In this document: one piece after another, positions 37,126 through 49,339 of the stretch
Layout of the letters: the number at the start of each line of letters is the position of its first letter
Position numbering within the stretch: position 1 is the stretch's first letter
Assembly (NCBI GenBank): GCA_951406725.2
Contig: OX597842.1
Location: forward strand, 2,790,001-2,854,000
DNA: 64,000 nucleotides
Source: Octopus vulgaris
Taxonomy: Eukaryota
Direction: 5' to 3'
Made by a program: the position numbers and the translations under genes
The notes under the pieces: model-generated
Told to the model about the DNA's origin: nothing
Seen by the model: only the letters and a program-made list of their open reading frames with translations
Databases searched by the model: none

Positions 37126-37949
37126 ATTATTATTACTATTATTATTATTATTATTATTATAGGCACAGGCATGGCTTTGTGGTTAAGAAGTTCACTTTAC
37201 AACCAAAAGGTTTCAGGATCAGTTCCACCTCATTTCATCCCTTGTCTCTACCATAGTCACAGGTCAACCAATAACTTATGAATGAATTTAGAATCTGGAA
37301 ACTGTATGCAAGCCTGTCACACACACACACACACACACATTCCCATATAGATGTGTGTGTATCTCAATGTGTGTGTATTTTTGTGTCCGCATTTGTCATC
37401 TCCCACTGACAGCACCACTTCAGAACCATAACTTAGCAGCTCAGCAAAAGTGACTGATCAAATAATAACCAGACTTAGAAGAAAAAAAAAACAAAAAAAA
37501 AATAACAAAGAAAAAAAACAAAGAAAAACATAGGTACCGAGGGTGATTTGTTTGATTAAAACCCTTCAAAGCAATACTCCAGCATGGCCACATTCCAATA
37601 ACTCGCAACAAGTCAAACACATAAAAGATAATTATTATTTACATTGTTGTTAATGTGGTTACATTTATTTCTGTTGTTGTTTTTACTATTATTATTATTG
37701 TTATTATCTTTATTCTTTTTATTATTATTATTGTTGTTGTCGTTGTCGTTATCGCTATCATAACAGAAAGCTGTTGTTTGTTTTGACTGTGTCATGCGGC
37801 AGTCTTCAGAGGATAAACTTTCAACGAACCAAAACTGTGACTTTGGTCATTAACGCCGCAGCAGGTATCGCTTCATTTACCATCCTTAATGTGCCTCGTA
37901 AAGAAAAGAGGGGAAAAAATAAAAGACGCCTCATCGCCATCTTATCGCT

Positions 37950-38482
37950 TTATCATCATCATCATCAAAAATATTATCATTATTATCATTATTATCATTA
38001 TTATCATTATTATTATTATCATTATTATTATTATTATCATTATTATTATTATTATTGTTATTATTATCATTATTATTATCATTATTATTGTTATTATTAT
38101 TATTATTGTCATTATTATTATTATTATTATTATTCTCATTCTCACTATTATTATTATTATTATTATTGTTATTATATGTATTTTTAAAATATGTGTATAT
38201 ATATGTGTATATATATGTGTGTGTGTGTGTGTGTGTGCGTGTCAGTGTGTGTATGTGTATACATATGTGTGTGCGTGTGTGTGTGTGTCAGTGTGTGTAT
38301 ATGTGTGTGTGCATGTATACATGTGTGTGTATACATATGTGTGTGTGTGTGCGTGTCAGAGTGTATATATGTGTGTGTGCATGTATACATGTGTGTGTAT
38401 GTGTATACATATGTGTGTGTGCGTGCGTGTCAGTGTGTGTATGTGTGTGTGTGTATGTGTATACATGTGTGTGTGTGTGTGT
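37950..38482. repeat. (ATT/ATC)n followed by (TG)n microsatellite field
   Basis: direct inspection. Confidence 0.95.
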
Positions 38483-38983
38483 ATTTTTTGAGATTATGGT
38501 GGTGGTGCAGACTTGATGGTATTGGTGGGGGAGGAATGAGGTAAGGAACATTTTTCATGGTAAATTAAGAAGATATCATCACCATCATCATCATCATTGC
38601 ATTCGTTATCTTAATCATTATCGCTATCGTTATCGTCGTTGTCTTAATGTATTCTTATGAATGATACTGTATGTATGTTTAAGAAGCTTGTTTCCCAACC
38701 ACATGGGTCCAGGTTCAATCCCATTGCATGGCACCTTGGGCAAGAGGCTGCTATTATAACCCTGGGAGTGGATTTGGCAGACAGAAACTGAAAGAAGACC
38801 GTCGTATGTATGTGGGTGTGTGTGTGTACAGTTGTGTGGTAAGAAGCTTACTTCCAAACCACGTGTTTCCAGGTTCAGTCCCACTGAGTAGCACCTTGAG
38901 CAAGTGTCTTCTAATATAACCCTAGGCTGACCAAAGCCCTGTGAGTAAATTTGGTAAACAGAAACTGGAAGAAGCCTGTTGTA

Positions 38984-39029
<46 letters not shown>

Positions 39030-39035
<6 letters not shown>

Positions 39036-39245
39036 ATCCAAACATGAAAACACAAAGAGAAAACACAACAATGCGAGGACGTGGAACAAATATAGTATCA
39101 TTGGACGCTCAGGAAGGAAGGGAAGAAGGAGGGTTTAACATTTCGAGCGGAGCTCTTCGTCGGAAACATAGGAGAAGGAAAGATCCAGAGAAGGGAAGAC
39201 AGGAAAAAAAATCGCCAACGGTACACACGCGGTCACATTTTGAAT
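39030..39245 (-). mobile_element. short Penelope-like repeat with hammerhead-like motif
   Basis: related layout to 2010-2165; flanked by (TA)n. Confidence 0.6.
39133..39167 (-). ncRNA. minimal hammerhead-like motif, variant core CCGACGA
   Basis: minus strand: GTTT CCGACGA A GAGC TCC GCTC GAAAT GTT AAAC. Confidence 0.55.
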
Positions 39246-39615
39246 ATATATATATATATGCCAGCATAGAAAACAGACGTTAAATGATGACAATGATATG
39301 CTTGACAACCAATGTTGGTGTGTTTATGTCCCCGTAACTTAGCAGTTCAGCATAAGAGACCCATAGAATAAGTACTAGTTTTACAAAGAATAAGTCTTAG
39401 GGTCAATTTCCTCAACTAAAATCTTTAAAAGCTGTGCAGAGGACAAAAAGAGAAACGAACACTTAATCCAATGAGAAAAAATATTGAAAATAACCGTTTA
39501 CAAATTATAATCAATATGAGACTTATTTTATTCAACCAAAGTTTAATAAATTTCATCAAATAAAACGAACGAATCATATTGGATGTAAAAATGGATTAAG
39601 TTATTATTTCAAATT

Positions 39616-39682
39616 CCCTTACAATTGTTTCAGACAAAAGGTCCAAGATTTCATAAAGGTCCAATTTGTCCCCTTCAGTAGG
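39616..39682 (-). ncRNA. hammerhead-like motif with 7 bp helix II and ACAAUUGU palindromic helix III
   Basis: minus strand: CCTA CTGAAGG GGACAAA ... TTTGTCT GAAAC AATT GTA AGG. Confidence 0.55.
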
Positions 39683-39884
39683 CGAGATTTAAGTAAAATA
39701 AAAAAGAAACAAAAAGGCATTTAAAATATACACAGAATATTTTCAGGTATTTGAATATTCTTTCTTCCACTCATCATTATTTGAACTGAGACGAAAAACA
39801 CTGAAGGATTTGCCTGGTTATGTTCTAATATTCAAATTTTTGACTTCCTCACCATTAAAACAAATATATATCATTATCATTATC

Positions 39885-40180
39885 ATCATTGTTTAACGTC
39901 CGTTTTCCATGCTAGCATGGGTTGGACGGTTCGACCGGGGTCTGGGAAGCCAGGAGACTAAGCTATGCTCCAGTCTGACTTGGCAGTGTTTCTACAGCTG
40001 GATGCCCTTCCTAACACCAACCACTCCGTGAGTGTTGTGGGTGCTTTTTACGTGCCAGGGGAGGCTGGCAAATGGCCATGATCGGTTAGTGCTTTTTACG
40101 TGTCGTCAACACAGACACCAGTCAGGTGGCACTGGCATCAGCCATGTTTGGAAGGTGTTTTTACATCCCACCGGTATGGG
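39885..40180 (-). mobile_element. repeat family E
   Basis: similarity to 27005-27270. Confidence 0.8.
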
Positions 40181-40389
40181 TATATACATATATACATATA
40201 TACATATATATTTATTATATATATATATATATATATACCAGAGTAATCACATAAATGCAAACCAAGGTGGAAAAAATAGTACTTGAATACCAGAGGTTAT
40301 TTCATGCAACCGGTTATTGAAAGAACCAATGGAACAAAACCATTTTCTTTTCAAATGTGTATCTATCAAAGTAATTGTATTTCTGCATG

Positions 40390-40705
40390 TAACTTTATCT
40401 GCAGGAGGGGTCCCGTTAGAATTTTCTTCAGGTCGAGTAGCCCATCCCACTCAAAATTTCTCTGAACAAGGGTTGTTAAGGATGTTGAACAAACCACCCA
40501 TGTTTCCAAAGGTGAATTATCCAAACCACAAAGAATCCCTCTCAACACATGGCTATGATGCTCCCCCACTACTTCTGCTCCTGATCAAAGATGCACATAT
40601 CGTCAGCCACTAAGGGACATGCTCAACTGGTTAAGGTCAAACAACTGACAAGCAAATCTGTAGCATTAAGCAGAATATTTGCTGTAGCCCATCTTTTATA
40701 CCAAG
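40390..40705 (-). mobile_element. repeat family F
   Basis: reverse complement of 25735-26050. Confidence 0.8.
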
Positions 40706-41061
40706 ACTATTATCATTATTATTATTATTATTATTGTTATCATTTATGCTTTCCTTTCATTAAACTTTATTTCAGCTGTCTTAGTACCTGGTATCCTCCA
40801 GGGGCCAAGAGTAGCAAGGACAAATTTGTTTTGCTATGCATGCTGAAATTATCACACATTATTATTATTATTATTATTATTAATATTATTATTATTATTC
40901 AACCCATGCCAGCATGGAAAGCGGACGTTAAACGATGATGATGAATATTATTGTTATTATTATTATTATTATTATTATTTCTTTACTACCCACAAGGGGC
41001 TAAACATAGAGGGGACAAACAAGGACAGACTATTATTGTTATTATTATTATTATTATCATT

Positions 41062-41091
<30 letters not shown>

Positions 41092-41092
<1 letters not shown>

Positions 41093-41282
41093 AGGTGGCA
41101 AGCTGGCAGAATCATTAGCACACTGGACAAAATGCTTACCAGCATTTTGTTGATCAAAAAGTTCTGAGTTCAAATTTTGCCAAGGTCATCCTTTCAAGGT
41201 TGATAAAATAAGTACCAGTTAAGTACTGGGGATCAATGAAACTGACTTAAACCTCCCCTAAAATTGCTGGCCTTATGCAAAA
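41092..41282 (+). mobile_element. SINE family B, diverged
   Basis: aaggtggcaagctggcagaa head. Confidence 0.75.
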
Positions 41283-41388
41283 GGCCATGTTTAACCCTGG
41301 GCATACATATGCATGCATATTATGCTCATAATTATAGGTAAAGACAAGGATAAACATGGGTTTATCAAGAATCAAAATTTTAAGACAG

Positions 41389-41811
41389 ATCAATTATTAT
41401 TTATTAATTCAATACATATAGACTGCATCCCATCTAACAGCTGTTTCTGCTTCCAATGTTGCAGTGTTGCAATTGATATCCTAAGAATATTTATCATATT
41501 TGGTAATAAAACAGATCTGAAACATGGAGCTTCATCAGAGTGAAGAATAAAGAAGAAGAAGAACATAGAGAAGAAAATGGTAAAAGTTGAATATGGCTGT
41601 AATCATAACATTTTGTTGGCGTATCATTTTCCCTTTTTCTTCTTTATTTATTCTTCACTCTGATGAAGCTCCATGTTTCAGATTGGTTTTATGACCAAAT
41701 ATGATAAATATTCTTAGCATATCAATGGCAACACCATACAACATTGGAAGCCAAAACAGCTGTTAGATGAGATGCAGTCTATTTATATTGAATTAATAAA
41801 TAATAATTGAT
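41389..41811. mobile_element. foldback element family H3, ~163 bp arms each carrying a hammerhead-like motif
   Basis: 41389-41551 inverted to 41647-41811. Confidence 0.9.
41431..41543 (-). ncRNA. hammerhead-like motif with long helix II insertion (mirror copy 41655-41770 on +)
   Basis: minus strand: TCACT CTGATGA A GCTCCATGTT ... AACATTGGAAGC A GAAAC AGCT GTT AGATG. Confidence 0.6.
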
Positions 41812-42049
41812 GTAAGTCAATTGTTGTTCATTGCTATTTCTCCATTTTCTGTCTTCTTTATATATATATATCTATATCAATATATATATAGTTCCCATGC
41901 TGGAGCACTTGACCAAGGTGTCATGCAGTGGAACTAAACTTGGCGTTATGTGGCTAGGAAGCTAGCTTCTTACCACATAGCCACATTTGTGCCTATACAC
42001 ACACCCATGCCTGCATCTACACACACACATATATATATATATACATACA

Positions 42050-42422
42050 TATGACAGGCTTCTTTCAGTTTCTGTCTATGAAATCCACACACAAGGTTTT
42101 GGTTTGCCTAAAGCTATAGTAGAAGACACTTGCCACACCATCATGGGGCTGAACCCAGAGCAATGTGGTTGGGAAGCAAGCTTCTTACCACGCAGCCATG
42201 TCTGCTCCTACGATACTCTTTACTCTTTTACTTGTTTCAGTCAGTTGACTGAGGCCATGCTGGAGCACCACCTTTAGTCGAGCAACTCGACCCCAGGACT
42301 TATTCTTTGTAAGCCCAGTACTTATTCTATCGGTCTTTTTTGCCGAAACGCTAAGTGACGGGGACATAAACACACCAGCATCGTTTGTCAAGCAATGCTA
42401 GGGGGACAAACACAGACACACA

Positions 42423-42496
<74 letters not shown>

Positions 42497-42660
42497 TACG
42501 ACGGGCTTCTTTCAGTTTCCGTCTACCAAATCCACTCACAAGGTTTTGGTTTGCCTAAAGCTATAGTAGAAGACACTTGCCACACCATCATGATGCTGAA
42601 CCCAGAGCAATGTGGTTGGGAAGCAAGCTTCTTACCACGCAGCCATGCCTGCCCCTACAA
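42050..42660 (-). mobile_element. SINE A with locally duplicated 5' half
   Basis: private variant cacttgccacaccatcatg..ctgaacccagagcaatg shared by 42050-42210 and 42500-42658. Confidence 0.85.
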
Positions 42661-43016
42661 TGGTTATTATTATTAGCTTTTTAGTGTGTGACAGACCCTG
42701 TAAAATCTAACACAAAGGACTAATTATGGTTCTGTATTGAACCAATAAAACAAGGAATGATTATGTCTTGAAGCCGACATAATTGACGATTGCTCTCGTT
42801 AATTTGCTGGACTGTGGCTAGGGTCTTAATCATTTATTATTATTATTGGTAATAATAAAATTGCTAATTTTAGTAATAAGGCACTTAGGGCTTAATGTTG
42901 TTATAACTGTTGTGAATACCACCACTGTCATCACCACACCAATGTCAGCAGTGGCACCACCACCACCCCCACTACTAGCAGAACTACTGCAGAAAACTAC
43001 CACCACCAATACCACC

Positions 43017-43322
43017 ACAGCAAAACACTACCATTTCCACCACCACCGCCACAGCAAAACACTACCATTTCCACCACCACCACTACAGCAAAACACTACC
43101 ATTTCCACCACCGCCACCACAGCAAAACACTACCATTTCCACCACCACCGCCACAGCAAAACACTACCATTTCCACCACCACCACTACAGCAAAACACTA
43201 CCATTTCCACCACCGCCACCACAGCAAAACACTACCATTTCCACCACCACCGCCACAGCAAAACACTACCATTTCCACCACCACCACTACAGCAAAACAC
43301 TACCATTTCCACCACCACCACT
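43017..43322. repeat. 34 bp minisatellite x9 with 102 bp higher-order period
   Basis: acagcaaaacactaccatttccaccacc + accgcc/accact/gccacc variants cycling. Confidence 0.9.
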
Positions 43323-44287
43323 GTAAAACACCTCCACCACCCACTACCACCACTACTATCACCACAAACAACACTATGACCACCACTGCCAAACACTACT
43401 ATCACTACCACCACCAGTACAACAACCATGAGTACTACTACTACTACTACTACTACTACTAGTGCCATCACCGCTACCACGCTACCACAATCATCATCAT
43501 CATCATAATCGCCATCATCAATTCCATAGCCCCACAAATACTCTCACCACTACCACCTCCTCCCACCATCAGCTCCATCACATTAATTCTCACCAATCCA
43601 TGACCACCACTACCATTGCTACTACCTTCATAGTAGCTAACATCATCAATCACCATCATTATTACCACCATAATCATCATCACTCCCACCACCTCACCAT
43701 CAGTCATCATCATCATCAGTCATTGTCATCATCATCATCATCATCATCAATACTACTACCCACATCATCATCATCATCACCATCATCATAATAATCAACA
43801 TTATAATCGTCATCATCATCATCATCATAACTGCATTTGCTTATAGTCATTTCTTTTTCTAGACACATCAGGTACTGCTTCACCCTGCTACATCTCCCAC
43901 CCCACTCCCCACCATACCATACCCGTGCGCCTTAGCCCCTCACCCACAAGCCCCGCCACCCTACCCCACCCCTATCATCTATCCAGAACGCCCCTTCCTC
44001 GCCGCACCCCATTCCAAACACCCCAAAATCCCCTGCTTCCAGTCTAGTCTTCTCTCCCTCCTATCCCCTTGTAATTATCATCTACCCTGTTAACGGCAAT
44101 TGTTTTGTACTGTTTCCACTTCATACCTAACCCTTTTGCACCAAAGATAGGGTGGGTGGGGTGGGTGGGGGTGAATCTGGGACACAGGGTATGAGACAGA
44201 TGAAAGACAGTGCTTGTATATACATATACCCATGCTAGCCACTGAAATTATTGTTAATTATTAACTAATAGCCATATATTAGCTTAT

Positions 44288-44685
44288 ATGGTAAGTAGCT
44301 TGCTAACAAACTACATGGTTCCGGGTTCAGTCTCACTGCGTGGCACCTTGGGCAAGTGTCTTCTACTATAGCCTCGGGCCGACCAAAGCCTTGTGAGTGG
44401 ATTTGGTAGACGGAAACTGAAAGAAGCCCGGCGTATATATGTATATATATATATATACGTGTGTGTGTTTGTGTGTCTGTGTTTGTACCCCTAGCATTGC
44501 TTGACAACTGATGACGGTGTGTTTACGTCCCCGTCACTTAGAGGTTCAGCAAAAGAGATCGATACAATAAGTACTAGGCTTACAAAGAATAAGTCCCGGG
44601 GTTCATTTGTTCGACTAAAGGTGGTGCTCCAGCATGGCCGCAGTCAAATGACTGAAAAGAGTAAAAGAGTAAGAGTATATATTTT

Positions 44686-44732
<47 letters not shown>

Positions 44733-45010
44733 TTCTACTCATTTCATCCACTTGACTGTGGCCATGCTGGAGCACCACCTTAAAGGTTTCCATCAAAGAA
44801 AACACTCCCAGGACTTATTCTTTTGTAAGCCTAAAACTTATTCCATCAGTCTCTTTTGCCAAACCACAGTCTCCGTCTACCAAATCCACTCACAAGGCTT
44901 TGATCGGCCTGAGGCTATAGTAGAAAACACTTGCCCAAGATTCCACGCAGTGGGACTGAACCCAGAACCATGTGGTTGGGAAGCAAGCTTCTTACCACAT
45001 AGCCATGCCT
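44288..45010. mobile_element. inverted SINE A pair (+ 44288-44675; - 44745-45010)
   Basis: opposite-orientation similarity to consensus. Confidence 0.88.
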
Positions 45011-45279
45011 GTATCTATATACACCCATACATATACACATATATACACGCACACATCTGTTATCTTTTACTTGTTTTGGACTGGGGCCATGCTGTGGCAC
45101 TTCCTTGAGGACTTGATTCTCTAAAGCCTATTACTTATTTTATTGATCTCTTTTGCCAAGCTAATAAGTTACAGGGACATAAACAAACCAGTATTGGTTG
45201 TCAAGTGGGAGACAAACACAAAGAGAAGCATTTGTGCATGTGGTTGGGAAGCAAACTTCTTACCACACAGCCACACCTG

Positions 45280-45319
<40 letters not shown>

Positions 45320-45336
45320 TACATACATGTACATAT

Positions 45337-45700
45337 ATAGGCGTAGGAGTAGCTGTGTGGTAAGTAGCTTGCTTACCAACCACATGGTTCCGGGTTCAGT
45401 CCCACAGCATGGCACCATGGGTAAGTGTCTTCTAGTATAGCCTCGAGCTGACCAAAGCCTTGTGAGTGGATTTGGTAGATGGAAACTGAAAGAAGCCTGT
45501 CATATATATGTGTGTGTATGTGTGTGTGTGTATGTTTGTGTGTCTGTGTTTGTCCCCCTAACATTGCTTGACAACTGATGCTGGTGTGTTTACGTCCCTG
45601 TAACTTAGCAGTTTGGCAAAAGAGACCAATAGTATAAGTACTGGGCTTACAAAGAATAAGTCCTAGGGTCGATTTCCTTGACTAAAGGCGGTGCTCCAGC
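45337..45700 (+). mobile_element. SINE family A
   Basis: similarity to consensus. Confidence 0.92.
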
Positions 45701-45704
45701 ATTA

Positions 45705-46310
45705 TTAGAACTACATTATATAATGTATGGTGTAGTAGTTGCTGTTGTTTAACCCCGAGTCAGTCCTAATTTCAGTCTTAATCCAGACAGATCTATGATC
45801 AGAAGTATTCCAGCTGTGACCATCTCATCTATTTTTCAGGAATAGCGTATCTTGGACTACATTATCTAATGTATAGTGTAGTAGTTGCTATTAGTGACTA
45901 TCATTTTTTTGTTACTGGTCTTGTTGCTGTTGTCAGTTCTGGTCTTGAAGACCTATGATCAAAGATGTTCCAGATGTGACCATCCCATCTTTTATTCAGC
46001 CATAGTGTATCTAGGACTACATTATTTAATGTACAGTACAGTAGTTAGTATCAGTGGCTATAACTGTTGTTGGTTAGCTCCTGGTCAGTCCTGATCCAGC
46101 AGACCTATGGTCAAAGATGTTCCATATGTGACCATCCCATCTTTTATTTAGGTATAGTGTATCTAGGACTACATTATCTAATGTACAGTACAGTAGTTAG
46201 TATTGGTGGTTATAAGTGTTGTTGTTTAGCCCCAGGTCAGTCCTGATCCAGCAGACCTATGATCAAAGATGTTCCAGCTGTGACCATTCCATCATTTATT
46301 CAGATATGGA
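45705..46310. repeat. tandem array of four ~150 bp family G units
   Basis: actacattat..gacctatgatcaaagatgttccagctgtgaccatc unit starting near 45709, 45857, 46016 and 46168. Confidence 0.88.
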
Positions 46311-46714
46311 TATGATTCTTTAATTTAAAGATTGTATCACATGATTTGAAGCACAGACGTTACTGCTATGTCTAGCTCTTTGTGTGACCTTATAGGTGCT
46401 CCTTTGCGAGTTCTGGTTTCGTGTAATGGCTAATGGCGGCATGTTCAATGCTTCGTCTTCATCTGGTATTACTCTCATGTATCTTTTCTCACGCCAAAAT
46501 ACCCGCCCTGGCCCACATGCCGCCAATGTCCATCCTCTCCCTCATTCATCTCTCTCTTCCCGTCTGTCTGTCTGTCTGTCTCTCTCATGCCCCTTCTGTT
46601 CTCCCCCACCCCTTCCCTCCTCCACCCGCCACCCTTATACACAAATGTGTCTGGCTGCTGCATTCTTCAAATGGGTCTATTATGGTCTTATGAAGATTTA
46701 TGGGCTCTCATCCC

Positions 46715-46888
46715 CTTGCTCTCTCTCTACTTACCGCTCTCTCTTTTTTCCCTCTCTTTCTCTCTGTCTATCTATCTGTCCTTTGCTGTCTCTGTCTCTG
46801 TCTCTGTCTCTTTCTCTCTCTCTTTCTCCCTTTCTCTCTCTCTCTCTCTTTTTCTCTCTCTTTCCCTCTATCTATCTGTCCTTTGCTG

Positions 46889-46963
<75 letters not shown>

Positions 46964-47187
46964 TTCTCTCTCTCTCTCTTGTTCTCTCTCTCTTTCTCCC
47001 TTTCTCTCTCTCTCTCTCTCATCCTCCCGCTCTCTCTCTCTCTCTCTACTTCTCGCTCTCTCTTTTTCTCTCTGTCTATCTGTCAGTCCTTTACTGTCTC
47101 TGTCTCTCTCTCTCCCTTTCTCTCTCTCTCTCTCCCTTTCTCTCTCTCTCTCTCTTTCTCTCTTTCCCTGCTATTTCTTTCTCCCTT

Positions 47188-47223
<36 letters not shown>

Positions 47224-47727
47224 TGCTATTTCATTCTGCTTTTTCTCTTTTGCTAACTTTAGTTATTCTTTTCTTCCCTTTCTTTCTCTCTCTACTCCTC
47301 AGTCTCCCCCTCCATCTCTCTTTTTGTCTGTGTCACCCTCTCTCTCTCTCCATAAATCTCTCCCACTGTCTCTCCTTCAATCTTTCTCCCTCTCTGTCTC
47401 ACTCTCACTCACTCTATCCATACATTCTCCTCCTTCTCTGTATATTGTACTGTTTCACTCCCTTCCACTCCACCTCTCTCTGTCTCCCCTTCTCTCTCTT
47501 TCGCTTCCTAAATCTCTCCCTCTGTCAATCTCTCTCTCTCTCTACTGTTTCTCCGTCTTCTCTTGGTACCTTGTATTATTGTTTCACACTCTCCCTCTCT
47601 GTCTATCCCTGTATCACCACCTCTCTCTCTTCCTCAATCTCTCCCTCTGTCTGTCTGTCTCTCTTTCCTTCCGTCTGTGTCTCTCTCTTTCTGCTTCTCT
47701 CTCTCTCTCTGCCTCTCTTTCTCTGTC

Positions 47728-47772
<45 letters not shown>

Positions 47773-47809
47773 CATTCCCCTCATTTTCTCCTTTGTAAAC
47801 TATTATTAT

Positions 47810-47844
<35 letters not shown>

Positions 47845-47845
47845 A
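46715..47845. repeat. (CT)n polypyrimidine field, ~1.1 kb
   Basis: direct inspection. Confidence 0.95.
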
Positions 47846-48609
47846 TTTCCATGTCTGGGACATTTTCACCCTCTGACACAAACACAGACACACACACACA
47901 TACACACACACATGCACACACACAACTGTATATACATGCACATACATACACCATGCCAAACATCTATAGATATATTACATACATCGAACATGGACATTAA
48001 ATGATGATGACGATGATGATGATAGTGGTGATGATGATGACGGTAGTGGTGATGATAATGATGACGATGACAATGATGATGATAATGATAATGATGGTAA
48101 TGATAGTGATATGCTTACATGCATGTACTTGTGAAGAAGTGTCTTAAAAACATTGGCAAACAAAACGCATATAGCTGTGTATATATATATATATACATAT
48201 TTGTGTGTGTGTCTGTGTGTGTTTTTTACACAATGTAACTGCTACCACATCAGATCAATTCGGTCATTTCTCTTCTAGTAACACACATTTTAAGATTCTT
48301 TGTTGTGGGTTCTATTACCATTTCATACCACAGATGCTTGCATAAGTCGGTACATCTATGTGGTAGTGTTTATGTGTGTGTGTATATGTGTGAGTGTACT
48401 CCCATGTGTGTGTGTGTGTGTGTGTGTGTGTAATTGCCTGATAAGTTTTCATAAGTCAACAAAGAAGCAGGCGCTCATAAATTAGATAATAGCGCGTGTA
48501 TATAATTTACACAATATTATTTATGTAGGCTCATAACAGTTGATTCATGTTACTGAAGGGTTTCATGTTAAAGAGCCATTCAAGCATGAAACGGTAATTT
48601 AACAGTTGT

Positions 48610-48647
<38 letters not shown>

Positions 48648-48689
48648 GCACACGCACATACACATTTGCGACTATGTATGTGTATATTT

Positions 48690-49232
48690 TTTACTTTTTT
48701 CAGTCATTTGACTGTGGCCATGCTGGGGCACTGTCTTGAAGGTTTTTAGCTGAATGAATCAACCCCAGTATTTAGCTTTTTTGTTTTTTGTTTTTAAGTC
48801 TGGTATTTATTCTTATGGTCTCTTTCGCTGAACTGCTAAGTTACAGGGATGTAAACAAACCGACACTGGTCATCAAGCAGTGGCGGAAGACAAATACAAC
48901 GCAAAGACATACTCACATAGATATATACATATACCTAAGTGTATATATATATATATATATATATATATCTGACTGGCTGTCATGCTGGTGGCAGGAAAAA
49001 AGCGCCATCCGAACATGGTCGATGTCAGTGCCACCTGACTGGCTCCTGCGACAGTGGCATGTAAAAAGCACCCACTACACTCTTGGAGTGGTTGACATTA
49101 GGAAGGGCATCCAGCTGTGGAAACATTGCCAGATCAGATTGGAACCTGGTTCAACCACTGGCTTTCCAGACCTCAGTCAAACTGTTCAACCCATGCCAGC
49201 ATGGAAAACGGACGTTAAACGATGATGATGAT
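48690..49232. mobile_element. SINE A tail (-, 48690-48900) and family E copy (+, 48970-49232)
   Basis: similarity to consensuses. Confidence 0.75.
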
Positions 49233-49339
49233 GATAGGCAGTAGTTCATATATCCAAAAAAGAAGCACACTCTGAAACAATAATATTTAAAAGATTCCTT
49301 GCTGTGTAGGTATGTACATACATATGTACGTACATATAA

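Noticed and set aside
43017-43322. CRISPR-like regular repeats (also 13585-13730 and 45705-46310)
   Set aside because: No unique spacers, no cas genes, eukaryotic context; these are tandem repeats
42846-43379. His/Pro-rich repetitive protein ORF
   Set aside because: Arises from a 34 bp monomer cycling through frames; no ATG start or splice evidence
44083-44103. TACCCTGT...AATTGT resembling miR-10
   Set aside because: Only the first 8 nt match well, and the nearest complement (~44184) is too distant for a pre-miRNA hairpin
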